This document shows, piece by piece, positions 20,133 through 30,292 of a DNA stretch of 64,000 nt (position 1 is the first letter of the stretch; the number at the start of each line of letters is the position of its first letter). Source of the DNA: Pseudanabaenaceae cyanobacterium bins.39 (GTDB lineage Bacteria; Cyanobacteriota; Cyanobacteriia; Pseudanabaenales; Pseudanabaenaceae). The notes beneath the pieces are model-generated. The model did no database searches, had not been told where the DNA came from, and was given only the letters and a program-made list of their open reading frames with translations. The stretch spans positions 2,982 through 66,981 of the forward strand of contig JANRII010000058.1 of NCBI GenBank assembly GCA_033765135.1. Direction: 5' to 3'. A program made the position numbers and the translations under genes.

Positions 20133-22775
20133 TTGTCCAAAACCATCAAATACTCTGCGCCCAACTTTCTTAATAACCTATCACTAAGGTTTGTCTTGAC
20201 CACTCCCTTTGTGATCCTCACTTGTCTAGCAGTACTAACTGTTGGGCATATATCTTTACGGATTCATGAAAAATCAATTACTGAATTTGCGAATCATTTA
20301 AGTACAGAAGTTGGCGAACATGTTAGCAAAGAGTTAGATAACTATCTACGGATACCCAAACAAATCAATCAGATCAACGCCGATGCTTTCAAATTAGGTA
20401 TTCTCAAGTTAAATGATTTTGAAGTAACAGGAAAATTTTTCTGGAAACAACTAGTTCTCTATCCCGTTGGCTACATTAACTTTGCTTTCACAAATCAAGA
20501 GTTTATTGGAGCCGAACGTCAAGATAATGGTCAAATCTTGATTAATGAGACAACTCAACTCAAGGGACTAGATAAAACTGTCTCCTTCATGACTGATGCC
20601 AATGGCGATCGCCAGCAGATCAAAGAAGAAATTATTAATAACGAAGATGTCCGTCAAGAAGGATGGTATGCCGATGCAGTCAAAGCTGGCAAACCCACTT
20701 GGAGCAGTGTTTATCAATGGATTGATCGTCCCCATATTTTATCAATTTCCCATAGCTACCCTCTCTACGATCGCGATCAAAATTTAATTGGAGTGTTAGG
20801 AGTTGATTATATTCTCTCGCAGTTTAATTCCTTCTTGCAAAAAATTGCGCCCAAACCATCTAGCCATCTATTTATTATTGAAAGCTCTGGATTAGTGGTT
20901 GCGACTTCTGATCAAACATCAACTTTTAATGTAAGCAATGGTAATTCCCAACGTTTAAATATCTTGAATAGCAATAATTTTGTATCTAGGGAAGTGGCTA
21001 GATATATCGTGAACCAATTTGGAGGCTTTACATCTATTAATGATCAACAGCTATTTCAAGTTTATATTGCAGGCGAGAAGCAATTTGTTTTGGCTAGACG
21101 TTGGATGGATGTTGACGGATTAGACTGGCTAATCGTGGTCATTTTACCTGAGTCGGCTTTTGTGGGAGAGATCCATGAATACATCAAAATTAGCTCTTTG
21201 GTCGGCTTAGTGGCGTTAATCATTTTGATGTGGTTAGGAATCGTGGTTTCGCGTTCTATTTCAAAGCCTCTTTTAAATATGAGTACAGCATCACAGGAAC
21301 TTGCCAATGGTCAGTTAGATTCAAGGGTATCTATTCAAGGAACTAAGGAGATTCAGATCTTAGCAAAATCCTTTAACCAGATGGCGGACATGCTGACGGA
21401 TTCCTTTAAGCAATATGAAAAAATTAACTTAGACTTGGAAGTGCGCGTACATCAGCGCACCAGTGAGTTAGCAGATTCACAGCTATCATTACAACGCAAT
21501 AACTTTATGCTCTTACAAAGAGAGCAGAAGCTACGGAAGCAGCAAAAGACCTTAGTGGAACTAACTAAGAATAAATTTTTGAACCTTGGGGATTTTATGT
21601 CGGCTGTGCAGAGTGTGACTCAGGCCGCAAGTATTACCCTTGATGTTGAGCGTGTGGGAGTGTGGCTGTTTGGGAATGACAAGTCTAGTTTGCAATGTCT
21701 TGATTTGTATATTAAGAGTCAAGATTTGCACACTGAGGCAAATCTTTTAGAATCAGCATCTATGCCCGATTTTTTTGAGGCAATTCGAGAAAATCGCGAT
21801 ATTGCGGTAGAAGATGTGGAAAGTGAGCCATATCTATTCAATATATATGAGCAGTATCTCCATCCTCATGGGGTGGTATCTATTTTGCTATCAACCTTTG
21901 ATGTGAAGAATGATTTAACAGGGGTTTTGATGATTGAGCAAATTGATATTGAACGTCTGTGGATTATTGAAGAAATTAGTTTTGTGAGTTCGTTGGCGGA
22001 TTTATTATCTTTGGGGCTAGAGGCGCAGGAGCGTCGCCGTGCGGAGGAGAAGTTACGGATTGAGCAGGTGCGCTCCGAACGTTTGTTGCTCAATGTTTTG
22101 CCGAAAGCGATCGCAGAACGCTTGAAGTCTTCGCCACTCCATCTGTCGGAAGAAAGAGTAATTTCCCAAATGGCGGCTAGTGCTCGATTAAAAACGAATG
22201 GCTCAATTGTGGCGGATAGTTTTGAGTCAGTATCTGTGCTGTTTGCGGATATCGTTGGTTTTACCGAATTTGCAACGGTGGTTTCGGCTACAGAACTAGT
22301 GGATATGCTCAATGATATTTTCTCGGAGTTCGATCGCCTAGCGGATGAATATAATCTGGAGAAGATTAAAACTATTGGTGATTCCTATATGGTGGTGGGC
22401 GGATTGCCCATTCCTAGAGCTAACCATGTGCAGTCTGTAGCTGATATGGCATTGGCTATGCAAAGTCAGATCGATCAATTTAGTCGTCCTAATGGTGAAT
22501 CTTTCCAATTACGGATTGGTATCCATACGGGGCAGGCTGTGGCAGGTGTTATTGGGAAGAAGAAGTTTATTTATGATCTATGGGGAGATACGGTGAATAT
22601 TGCCAGTCGGATGGAGTCCTATGGTCTTCCTAACCATATTCAAGTTACGGAGGAGACTTATCAAATCTTGAAGAATCAATATATGTTTGAGCAACGTGGC
22701 ACGATCCAGATTAAGGGCAAGGGCGCAATGAATACTTATTGGCTAAAGGGCAAGCTGCCTATGGATAATAGCTAA
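20133..22775 (+). CDS. membrane adenylate cyclase: Cache-like sensor, HAMP, GAF-like and class III cyclase domains
   Basis: Two TMs around a periplasmic domain; FADIVGFT, KIKTIGDSYM (Lys) and YDLWGDTVNIASRME (Asp) indicate ATP specificity; TTG start. Confidence 0.92.
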   Translation: MSKTIKYSAPNFLNNLSLRFVLTTPFVILTCLAVLTVGHISLRIHEKSITEFANHLSTEVGEHVSKELDNYLRIPKQINQINADAFKLGILKLNDFEVTGKFFWKQLVLYPVGYINFAFTNQEFIGAERQDNGQILINETTQLKGLDKTVSFMTDANGDRQQIKEEIINNEDVRQEGWYADAVKAGKPTWSSVYQWIDRPHILSISHSYPLYDRDQNLIGVLGVDYILSQFNSFLQKIAPKPSSHLFIIESSGLVVATSDQTSTFNVSNGNSQRLNILNSNNFVSREVARYIVNQFGGFTSINDQQLFQVYIAGEKQFVLARRWMDVDGLDWLIVVILPESAFVGEIHEYIKISSLVGLVALIILMWLGIVVSRSISKPLLNMSTASQELANGQLDSRVSIQGTKEIQILAKSFNQMADMLTDSFKQYEKINLDLEVRVHQRTSELADSQLSLQRNNFMLLQREQKLRKQQKTLVELTKNKFLNLGDFMSAVQSVTQAASITLDVERVGVWLFGNDKSSLQCLDLYIKSQDLHTEANLLESASMPDFFEAIRENRDIAVEDVESEPYLFNIYEQYLHPHGVVSILLSTFDVKNDLTGVLMIEQIDIERLWIIEEISFVSSLADLLSLGLEAQERRRAEEKLRIEQVRSERLLLNVLPKAIAERLKSSPLHLSEERVISQMAASARLKTNGSIVADSFESVSVLFADIVGFTEFATVVSATELVDMLNDIFSEFDRLADEYNLEKIKTIGDSYMVVGGLPIPRANHVQSVADMALAMQSQIDQFSRPNGESFQLRIGIHTGQAVAGVIGKKKFIYDLWGDTVNIASRMESYGLPNHIQVTEETYQILKNQYMFEQRGTIQIKGKGAMNTYWLKGKLPMDNS

Positions 22776-22778
22776 ACC

Positions 22779-22812
22779 AATTTAAAAAAGTGTGATCACA
22801 CTTTTTTAAATT
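22779..22812. repeat. perfect 34-bp palindrome between convergent genes
   Basis: AATTTAAAAAAGTGTGA|TCACACTTTTTTAAATT, followed by motif AAACCCAGTAAGGTT at 22820-22834. Confidence 0.9.
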
Positions 22813-22854
22813 AAAAACCAAACCCAGTAAGGTTTTTTAATTAAGAAATTGAAA

Positions 22855-25017
22855 CTATGCTACTTGATAGCTGAAGTTAAAGGCTGCCCAGTGTGAGACA
22901 TCTAACATCCATAGATTGTTGTTAATTGCACCGTTAGCTCCTAGCTGATCGCTAAGAGTGGCTGTACAATCGAGGTCAGCAAGTAGAGACTGAATGACTT
23001 GTAATGGATTAGGAATGGAAATGAGACCATTGATAGTTGAGACTTGGCGCTGTGATTCTTCGAGGGTTTTGGCAACTTGAGAGAGGGGAAAATGACTAAT
23101 AATGACTTGAATTTCTACTAGCCCCTTTGGAGCCGCCACTGACCAATTCATCGGTACTTTGGGGTAAGGGATAGTTAAGGTTTCCGCAGGAGCAACGATG
23201 CCATCGTTGGCGTAGGGAGTGGTGATAAAGTTGGGAGTGAGTAGTTTGCCGCGTGAGTCTACGCAAAAAATGCGGACATATAGGGGTTGCTCACTAAAGT
23301 TATCGATTTTGCATTCTAGGCGATCGCCAATGACTAGGGGCTTAGTCCAAATTGAGTTGCTAACTTGCAGATTTTGAGGGAATTTTTCGGAACGGTTGCG
23401 CTCCCGACTGGCAATAATTACAGATCGATGATCGCTACCAATTTGAGCTTTAAGGGTTGCCCTAACCTGTACTTTGGTGGAATTATAGTTTTCCAACAGA
23501 CGTAATAGTTTGGCCGCCAAAAGTCCTTCAAAAAATGGTTTGAGCCGCTTGATAGCCACTCCCACTGACTCTCCAACTGCCCCAAAGGAACCAAGGATCG
23601 GTAATCGACTAACAGTGAATAATCCATAACTAGCAGATTGGGAACCAAACAAACAATCGGCTTGCTGCTCATTGAGATTAATGCCAAACATATTCGGTAA
23701 GGTTGACAGAATACTCGTAGCATCGATGCGTTCAATTTTACTCAGTCCGCTATCGAGGGCGATCGCTAATTTCACATTCCGTGATACTGCGCGAATATTT
23801 TCCTGCAATGCCTGTCCCACTTCTATTTTGCCATTGCTCTTAGAGGCACGATTGCTCACAGGTTCAGCTTTACCCCAAGAGCCATTGCGTGATTTTAGTT
23901 GAATGAGTGATGGTTCTGTTTGCGGTGAATTAGGATTTAAGACATGGAAAATGGAACCAGCCATGTAGTTATTGAGGACAGTGATCGGTAAGCCCGTTAG
24001 CGCTACATCCACAATACGGCGATCGCTACTCAATCCCACAATTACGCCATCACCACTAAAACTAGGAATTGTCAGTAATTGCGAAAGTTGATCATTGGCG
24101 ATCGCCTTTTGTTTGGCATCTACTGCCAGCATCGCATCCACCTGATGCTCAATTGATAAATCACTATTTAATAAAGTGAGACGATTGAGATTTGTTGCTA
24201 ATTCACCCATTAACACATAAATAGTTGTCGGTGGAGTCAGTTGCCATAGTCGTTGTACTAGGGCATAGGTAAATACTCCATTGTTTAATCCATTCCACTC
24301 CGCACACAACATATTTCCTGAAGCGGCTCGCAACGATATCCCCTGAGATGTTGTCATCGTTGCTATTGTTGATGGATCTGTTAGGGATTGTGTTAATAGT
24401 GGCGGTTGCCATTCCTCCAAACCCACTCGCGATCGCAAACGAAAAGCACCAATTTCAGACATACGCGGATAGTAAAATCCCGCATCAATGACATTAATAA
24501 TTCGCTCAGTCGCGATCGCCCTCATCCACGATTGCCAGTCAATCTGCGTAATATCGCGGAGCGTCCCCACATTTTGAGGCAGTCCGCTATCCACAGGAAC
24601 CAAACTATCGTATTTTCCCAAACGCGAACCATAGCCACTAAAATGCACAACCACCAGATCATCGGGCAAAGTTTGCGCCGCTAGGTGTTCAGTCATGGCC
24701 TCCGCAATACGATCGCGGGTGGCATCCGCATCCGTCAAGCAAATCACATCCTGCGGCGCAAACCCAAAACGATAGATCAATAGCTCCCTTTGCAACTCCA
24801 CATCATCCACGCACCCCCGCAGAGGCAACCATCCACCTAGTTCATCCCTAGCATTGTATTGATTGATGCCGATTAGTAAAGCTTTGCGGCGTTGAGGAGC
24901 ATTCAAAAGACTCAAATAAGTATTAGCGGCATAGGCAACGCGATCGCAACCCCCAAGATGCCATCCAGCCAAACTAGATAGACCTGTTAGCAAAAATTGT
25001 CGCCGTGCAATCCCCAT
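22855..25017 (-). CDS. caspase-like (pseudo-orthocaspase) protein with C-terminal DUF4384-like domain
   Basis: RKALLIGINQY, LRGC.DDVELQ..LL..RFGF; catalytic motifs read FSGYG and IDAGF; twin-Arg N-terminus. Confidence 0.88.
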   Translation of the reverse strand: MGIARRQFLLTGLSSLAGWHLGGCDRVAYAANTYLSLLNAPQRRKALLIGINQYNARDELGGWLPLRGCVDDVELQRELLIYRFGFAPQDVICLTDADATRDRIAEAMTEHLAAQTLPDDLVVVHFSGYGSRLGKYDSLVPVDSGLPQNVGTLRDITQIDWQSWMRAIATERIINVIDAGFYYPRMSEIGAFRLRSRVGLEEWQPPLLTQSLTDPSTIATMTTSQGISLRAASGNMLCAEWNGLNNGVFTYALVQRLWQLTPPTTIYVLMGELATNLNRLTLLNSDLSIEHQVDAMLAVDAKQKAIANDQLSQLLTIPSFSGDGVIVGLSSDRRIVDVALTGLPITVLNNYMAGSIFHVLNPNSPQTEPSLIQLKSRNGSWGKAEPVSNRASKSNGKIEVGQALQENIRAVSRNVKLAIALDSGLSKIERIDATSILSTLPNMFGINLNEQQADCLFGSQSASYGLFTVSRLPILGSFGAVGESVGVAIKRLKPFFEGLLAAKLLRLLENYNSTKVQVRATLKAQIGSDHRSVIIASRERNRSEKFPQNLQVSNSIWTKPLVIGDRLECKIDNFSEQPLYVRIFCVDSRGKLLTPNFITTPYANDGIVAPAETLTIPYPKVPMNWSVAAPKGLVEIQVIISHFPLSQVAKTLEESQRQVSTINGLISIPNPLQVIQSLLADLDCTATLSDQLGANGAINNNLWMLDVSHWAAFNFSYQVA

Positions 25018-26321
25018 ATATATGCCTTTTGTATGTCTTTAGATGCTGTTTGAATATCGTGAGCTTCCTGACTAGATAGGCGATCGCTAATGCTCGCCAC
25101 ATAATATCAATTCCCCAAACGGACAAAAACTGCCAGTTACAATCTGCTAACTATTAATTAAAGCCGATCAGTTACCCATCCCTATAACTTTTTTGGCACT
25201 TAGTTATTACTGAGCTATTGCTTGCATTCGTTGCTTTCACTTACATCAGCTTGCATTGGCAACAGTAAATCAATGCTACTGAACTAAAAGTTAGATTTTT
25301 AAGTTTTATTAATGAAATTTAACAAATATTTAACAATTCTTTACAATATCCACGACAAACTTACCTTGTCAAGCCATCAAACTTGCAGTCATAACACCAG
25401 CCGAGAAGGTCATAGGGATTGATTAGTAAAGGTTCTAAGTTATCCATATTTTCTCAATCACTAATCACAGGGATCAAAAAAACACATAAACATTATCTAT
25501 ATTCTAATTTTTTTCATTAATTAAGCTTTTAAAATTTATATATCGGCAACAATCTTCAAAATAATCCTCGGTTTATTTATTTCTAAAGGATGATTTGTGA
25601 TCCCCACTAATAACGTACCTTAAAAAATGCCTGTTAGCTTTAACAGCATCTAAACTAAAAATACAACTCAATAAAAACTTTAGTAACCAGTAGTAAATCT
25701 ACTAAGAGAAATGAATAGGTTAATTTTATTACTTACACTTAGCTATCGAAAAACAATGTAGAAAATAATCAAAAATAAGAAAAACAATAATCAAACTAAT
25801 GAGCAAACAACAATAATTACAAAATACTTTTAAGTGATTCCTTAAGCTGCTTTGTGGTTAGCTACTTTGAAATTTTAAATAAATCTTTTCAAGAAATACA
25901 TCGATTAATCATCTTAGTTATCTCTCTAAAATTGCTCAACTGAGAAAGATCGCAGCGATGTAGAAAATGCTAAAGGATGATTTAAGTAATCGCTAAAGTG
26001 ACAACCAAGTTAGAACTTATAAATTGAAATATACATTAAAAACACTTATAAAATACCTGTAATTATTCTATAAATACTTACTAATATTTATTAATCCTAT
26101 GGATAAATATATCAAGTATTTCGATAAAGACTAATTTACCGAACATAAATCGTAAGTAACTAAATAGCAAACTAAAAACTGTAATTAAATGTAATTAAAT
26201 ATGTAATCAAATAAATAGCTGCTTACCCTATTTATTTCAACTTATGATTTGAACCAAGTTTATTGAGTTGATTTGAAGTTTAGCAAATTTTTCCATCTAT
26301 GTTGCTAAATCTTAAAACAAT

Positions 26322-27215
26322 ATGTCTTCACTATCAAAATTTACCACCCTTGCGCTGAGTTCCCTTATGTTGGGTGGCGTAATACCTATAATTGTTGCTG
26401 ATTCTGTAACCGCTAATATTGCTGATGTCAATGAAATTAATCCATCCTTTAAGCTAGTTGATCCTTCTCTATATCCAGTCACTATGGACAAGGAAGTTAA
26501 TGGTGTTAATGGTATTGGTCATCCCCTCTACAAAGTTGAATTTCGCCTCAATGGTGAAAATACTGATCAAGGCACTAGCGAAAATGTCAACGCGAGTCGA
26601 GAATGGACAATCTTTGTCAATCAGCGACCAGTCATGCAGGTAAATGATCTATCTAAAGCGGCACTGACATCAGCTAAATTAGCCATCCTAATGAACAAGC
26701 CCGATTTTGATCCTGAGCAAATTCTGCCTAGAGTCATCAATGATCATTACGTTGTGAAATACCGAGATGTGGATCTCATTACTCTGCATCGTGAAGATGT
26801 TGAAAATCCCTCATTACAATTGACGGAGTGGGTCAATAATCTGCGGGTGGTGGCACAGGTACAGCCCCTAAGCTTGGTGGATGCCCAAACCCAGATGTAT
26901 CAATTGGTGGAGACGGGTGAACATCTCAATGCGATCGCTTCTTGGTATGGCCCCTATTTTCACGGCAGGCAAACCGCTTCGGGAGAATATTTCGAGCAAA
27001 ATGACTTTACGGCGGCGCATCCTAGTCTGCCCTTCGATACCTATCTCAAGGTGACAAACGATCGCAATGGTAAGTCAGTGATTGTGCGAATTAATGATCG
27101 GGGTCCCTATTTTGGCGATCGCAGTTTGGACTTGTCCCATGCGGCGGCGATCGCCCTGAGTAGCGATGATGCGGGAGTGGTTCCTGTGACAGCGACTATT
27201 TTGGCAAAGCTATAG
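26322..27215 (+). CDS. rlpA: RlpA family lytic transglycosylase
   Basis: ASWYGPYFHGRQTASGE, TAAHPSLPF, VRINDRGPY..DRSLDLS. Confidence 0.93.
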   Translation: MSSLSKFTTLALSSLMLGGVIPIIVADSVTANIADVNEINPSFKLVDPSLYPVTMDKEVNGVNGIGHPLYKVEFRLNGENTDQGTSENVNASREWTIFVNQRPVMQVNDLSKAALTSAKLAILMNKPDFDPEQILPRVINDHYVVKYRDVDLITLHREDVENPSLQLTEWVNNLRVVAQVQPLSLVDAQTQMYQLVETGEHLNAIASWYGPYFHGRQTASGEYFEQNDFTAAHPSLPFDTYLKVTNDRNGKSVIVRINDRGPYFGDRSLDLSHAAAIALSSDDAGVVPVTATILAKL

Positions 27216-27277
27216 CTGTCTAATTTCTGTAGAACTTCTGTAGAATTTAGATAGCTAACGATAACGATTGGTACAGC

Positions 27278-29230
27278 ATGGCACTTTTTACATTGCGATC
27301 GCTCCGCAAAGACTTTGGCATCAAGGAAATTCTCAAGGATGCCAGTTTTAGCCTCAATGAAGGCGATAAGGTGGGGCTGATCGGCACTAATGGTTCAGGC
27401 AAATCTACTTTGCTCAAGATGATTGCAGGACTAGAGCCGAGCGATGGGGGAGAGCTATGGATTAACTCCAGTGCCAAGATTATCTATTTGCCACAGCAAC
27501 CAGATCTGAATGAAGATCTCACGGTTTTAGAGCAGGTGTTTGCCGACAGTGGCGAGCAGATGGCACTGGTGAAGGAGTATGAGGAAATATCTGACAAACT
27601 TTCTCATGGTCATGGCGATCAGCAAACCCTTTTGGCTCAACTGTCCAGCATTTCGGAACGGATGGATCAAATCGGTGCGTGGGATCTCGAAACTAATGCC
27701 AAGATTGTGCTGACTAAGTTGGGCATTAATGATCTAGAGGCAAAGGTGGGCAGCCTGTCGGGGGGATACCGCAAGCGCATTGCGATCGCCTCAGCCCTGT
27801 TGTCTGCGCCCGATGTCCTCTTGATGGATGAACCCACCAACCACCTTGATGCCCTATCGGTGGAATGGTTGCAGAGCTATCTCAATCGCTATCGGGGAGC
27901 CTTGTTATTAATTACCCACGATCGCTATTTTCTCGATAAAGTCACCAATCGGATTATTGAAATCGATCGCGGCGATCTATTCGCCTACTCTGGCAACTAT
28001 GCCTATTATCTAGAAAAAAAAGCTGAGGCTGAGGAGTCTGCCGTCAGTACACAGCGCAAACATGCGGGACTGTTGCGCCGTGAGTTGGAATGGCTCAAAA
28101 AAGGCCCCAAGGCAAGAAGTACCAAACAAAAGGCAAGGATTGATCGCGCCCATGCTCTGCAAGCTCAAGAGTTTAAGCAAGTAAATGCCAAGGTGGATAT
28201 CACCACCGCAGGACGGCGCATCGGTAAAAAAGTGGTGGAACTAGATCGGGTCTCCAAATCCTTTGGCGATCGCCTGTTGATTAAGGATTTTTCCTACAAC
28301 TTTACGCCCGAAGACCGCATCGGCATCATCGGCAGTAATGGCGCAGGCAAGTCCACCCTCATGAATATCATTACGGGACGCTTACAGCCCGATAGTGGCA
28401 CTGTGGAAATTGGGACAACTATTCACTTTGGTTACTTTGATCAACATTCCGATGATCTTGCTGAACATGGCGATCAGCGAGTCATCGAATATCTCAAGGA
28501 TGTCTCTGAGCTAGTCAAAACCAATGATGGCAGTGTGATTACTGCCTCGCAAATGTTGGAGCGATTTTTATTTTCCCCTAATCAGCAGTATGCGCCAATC
28601 CATAAGCTTTCGGGAGGAGAAAAGCGGCGCTTGTTTCTCTTAAAGGTATTGATGGAAGCTCCTAATGTACTGATTCTCGATGAACCGACTAATGATCTGG
28701 ATGTGCAGACCTTGAGTGTGTTAGAGGAGTATCTCGAAGAATTTAACGGTTGTGTCATTGTGGTTTCCCACGATCGCTATTTCCTAGATCGCACGGTGGA
28801 TATGGTTTTTGCCTTTGAGCCAGAGGGAGAGGTGCGTTTGTATCCTGGCAACTATTCTGTCTATTTAGATTACAAAAAAGATGAAGAAGAATCAGTAACT
28901 AATCCATATAAACTGAGTAAAGATTCAAGCAATAAGGATCAATCAGCATCGCAAACTGTAACCAATACAAAGCAATCTTCCCAAGCATCTCCAGAATCGC
29001 CTAGCCCCAAAGCTGCCAAACTTTCCTATAAGGAAAAACGTGAATATGAAGAATTAGAATTAAAAATTCCACAAATGGAACAGGAAAAAGCGGAAGTGGA
29101 GAAGCAACTCTATCACAATCCGCCCACAGGTCATATCGAGATTCAAAAACTAGCCAATCGTCTGGCGGAACTCACTGAGGCGATTGATCGATCAACTGAG
29201 CGTTGGCTAGAATTAGCAGAAAGAGCCTAA
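27278..29230 (+). CDS. ABC-F family ATPase (Uup-like)
   Basis: Two NBDs (GTNGSGKS/LSGG/DEPTNHLD; GSNGAGKS/LSGGE/DEPTNDLD), no TM, C-terminal KLSYKEKRE coiled domain. Confidence 0.93.
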   Translation: MALFTLRSLRKDFGIKEILKDASFSLNEGDKVGLIGTNGSGKSTLLKMIAGLEPSDGGELWINSSAKIIYLPQQPDLNEDLTVLEQVFADSGEQMALVKEYEEISDKLSHGHGDQQTLLAQLSSISERMDQIGAWDLETNAKIVLTKLGINDLEAKVGSLSGGYRKRIAIASALLSAPDVLLMDEPTNHLDALSVEWLQSYLNRYRGALLLITHDRYFLDKVTNRIIEIDRGDLFAYSGNYAYYLEKKAEAEESAVSTQRKHAGLLRRELEWLKKGPKARSTKQKARIDRAHALQAQEFKQVNAKVDITTAGRRIGKKVVELDRVSKSFGDRLLIKDFSYNFTPEDRIGIIGSNGAGKSTLMNIITGRLQPDSGTVEIGTTIHFGYFDQHSDDLAEHGDQRVIEYLKDVSELVKTNDGSVITASQMLERFLFSPNQQYAPIHKLSGGEKRRLFLLKVLMEAPNVLILDEPTNDLDVQTLSVLEEYLEEFNGCVIVVSHDRYFLDRTVDMVFAFEPEGEVRLYPGNYSVYLDYKKDEEESVTNPYKLSKDSSNKDQSASQTVTNTKQSSQASPESPSPKAAKLSYKEKREYEELELKIPQMEQEKAEVEKQLYHNPPTGHIEIQKLANRLAELTEAIDRSTERWLELAERA

Positions 29231-30081
29231 CTACTAATTCGCATACTAATATCTAGCCAAGCCGATCGCGTAATGGTTGCCGATGTGGAAATATAATCCA
29301 CTCCTAATTCGGCGATCGCGGCGATCGTCTGGAGAGTGACATTGCCAGAGGCTTCGATTTTGGTGTGGGGACTGGCATCACGGATAATCGCGATCGCTTC
29401 GCGCATCATCTCTAGGGGCATATTGTCCAGCATGATTACATCTAAGTTAAGTAATACGGCTTCCTGAACTTGAGCGATCGATTCAGTTTCCACCTCAATT
29501 ACCGTAGTAAAGGGAATGCGATCGCGTACCCTTGTAACGGCAGAGGTCAGTCCCCCTGCGGCCGCAATATGATTATCCTTGAGCATTACTGCATCATCTA
29601 AACCATAGCGATGATTTGTCGCTCCCCCCACTGCCGAGGCATATTTTTCTAAAATTCGCATCCCCGGAATTGTCTTCCTTGTATCCACCAATCGAGTCGA
29701 GGTATGGGCGATCGCTGCCACATACTGCGCCGTACTGCTCGCAATGCCCGACAAGCGCATTACCAGATTTAGCGCCACCCTTTCTCCCATCAGTAGCACT
29801 GCCAAACTTCCTTGAACTTTGAGCAGCAGATCCCCCGATCGCACTGCCTGTCCGTCCTGCACAACCATTTCCACCGTCACCCCCTGATCCAAAAGCTGAA
29901 ACACTCTTGCCGCCAAGGGTAAACCCGCCACCACTCCATCAGCTTTGGCAATCCATTGTGCTTCGCCAAGGGGAGCCGAACCATCAGCAAACAGTCCCAT
30001 CGTTGAGCGATCGCCGCGACCAATATCTTCGCGCAACCATGACTGTAAAAGCGGATCGAGAATAATTAAGGGAGGCAACAT
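29227..30081 (-). CDS. nadC: nicotinate-nucleotide pyrophosphorylase (carboxylating)
   Basis: WLREDIG.GD, DTRKTIPG, NHRYGLDDAVMLKDNH, IEVE, MLDNM, EASG. Confidence 0.96.
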   Translation of the reverse strand: MLPPLIILDPLLQSWLREDIGRGDRSTMGLFADGSAPLGEAQWIAKADGVVAGLPLAARVFQLLDQGVTVEMVVQDGQAVRSGDLLLKVQGSLAVLLMGERVALNLVMRLSGIASSTAQYVAAIAHTSTRLVDTRKTIPGMRILEKYASAVGGATNHRYGLDDAVMLKDNHIAAAGGLTSAVTRVRDRIPFTTVIEVETESIAQVQEAVLLNLDVIMLDNMPLEMMREAIAIIRDASPHTKIEASGNVTLQTIAAIAELGVDYISTSATITRSAWLDISMRISS

Positions 30082-30139
30082 GGGATATCAACTTACATCA
30101 AATATTAGTAGGACTTACGCAAATTATTTAGGTTGAATA

Positions 30140-30279
30140 TGGCGTATTTGAGAAGTTTTAATTCCCCTAAATCCCCCTTGAGAAGGGGGACTTTTTTAAT
30201 CTTTTCCCCCCTTTTGTAAGGGGGGCAGGGGGGATCACACAGTATTTTTAGTTAATGCCCACACTTCTCAAATAGGCTC
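30140..30279 (+). mobile_element. MITE copy 1 (140 bp, degenerate left end)
   Basis: TTTGAGAAGT...ACTTCTCAAA termini and internal poly-C/poly-G hairpins shared with three other copies. Confidence 0.8.
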
Positions 30280-30292
30280 TCAAGAGAAAAAT

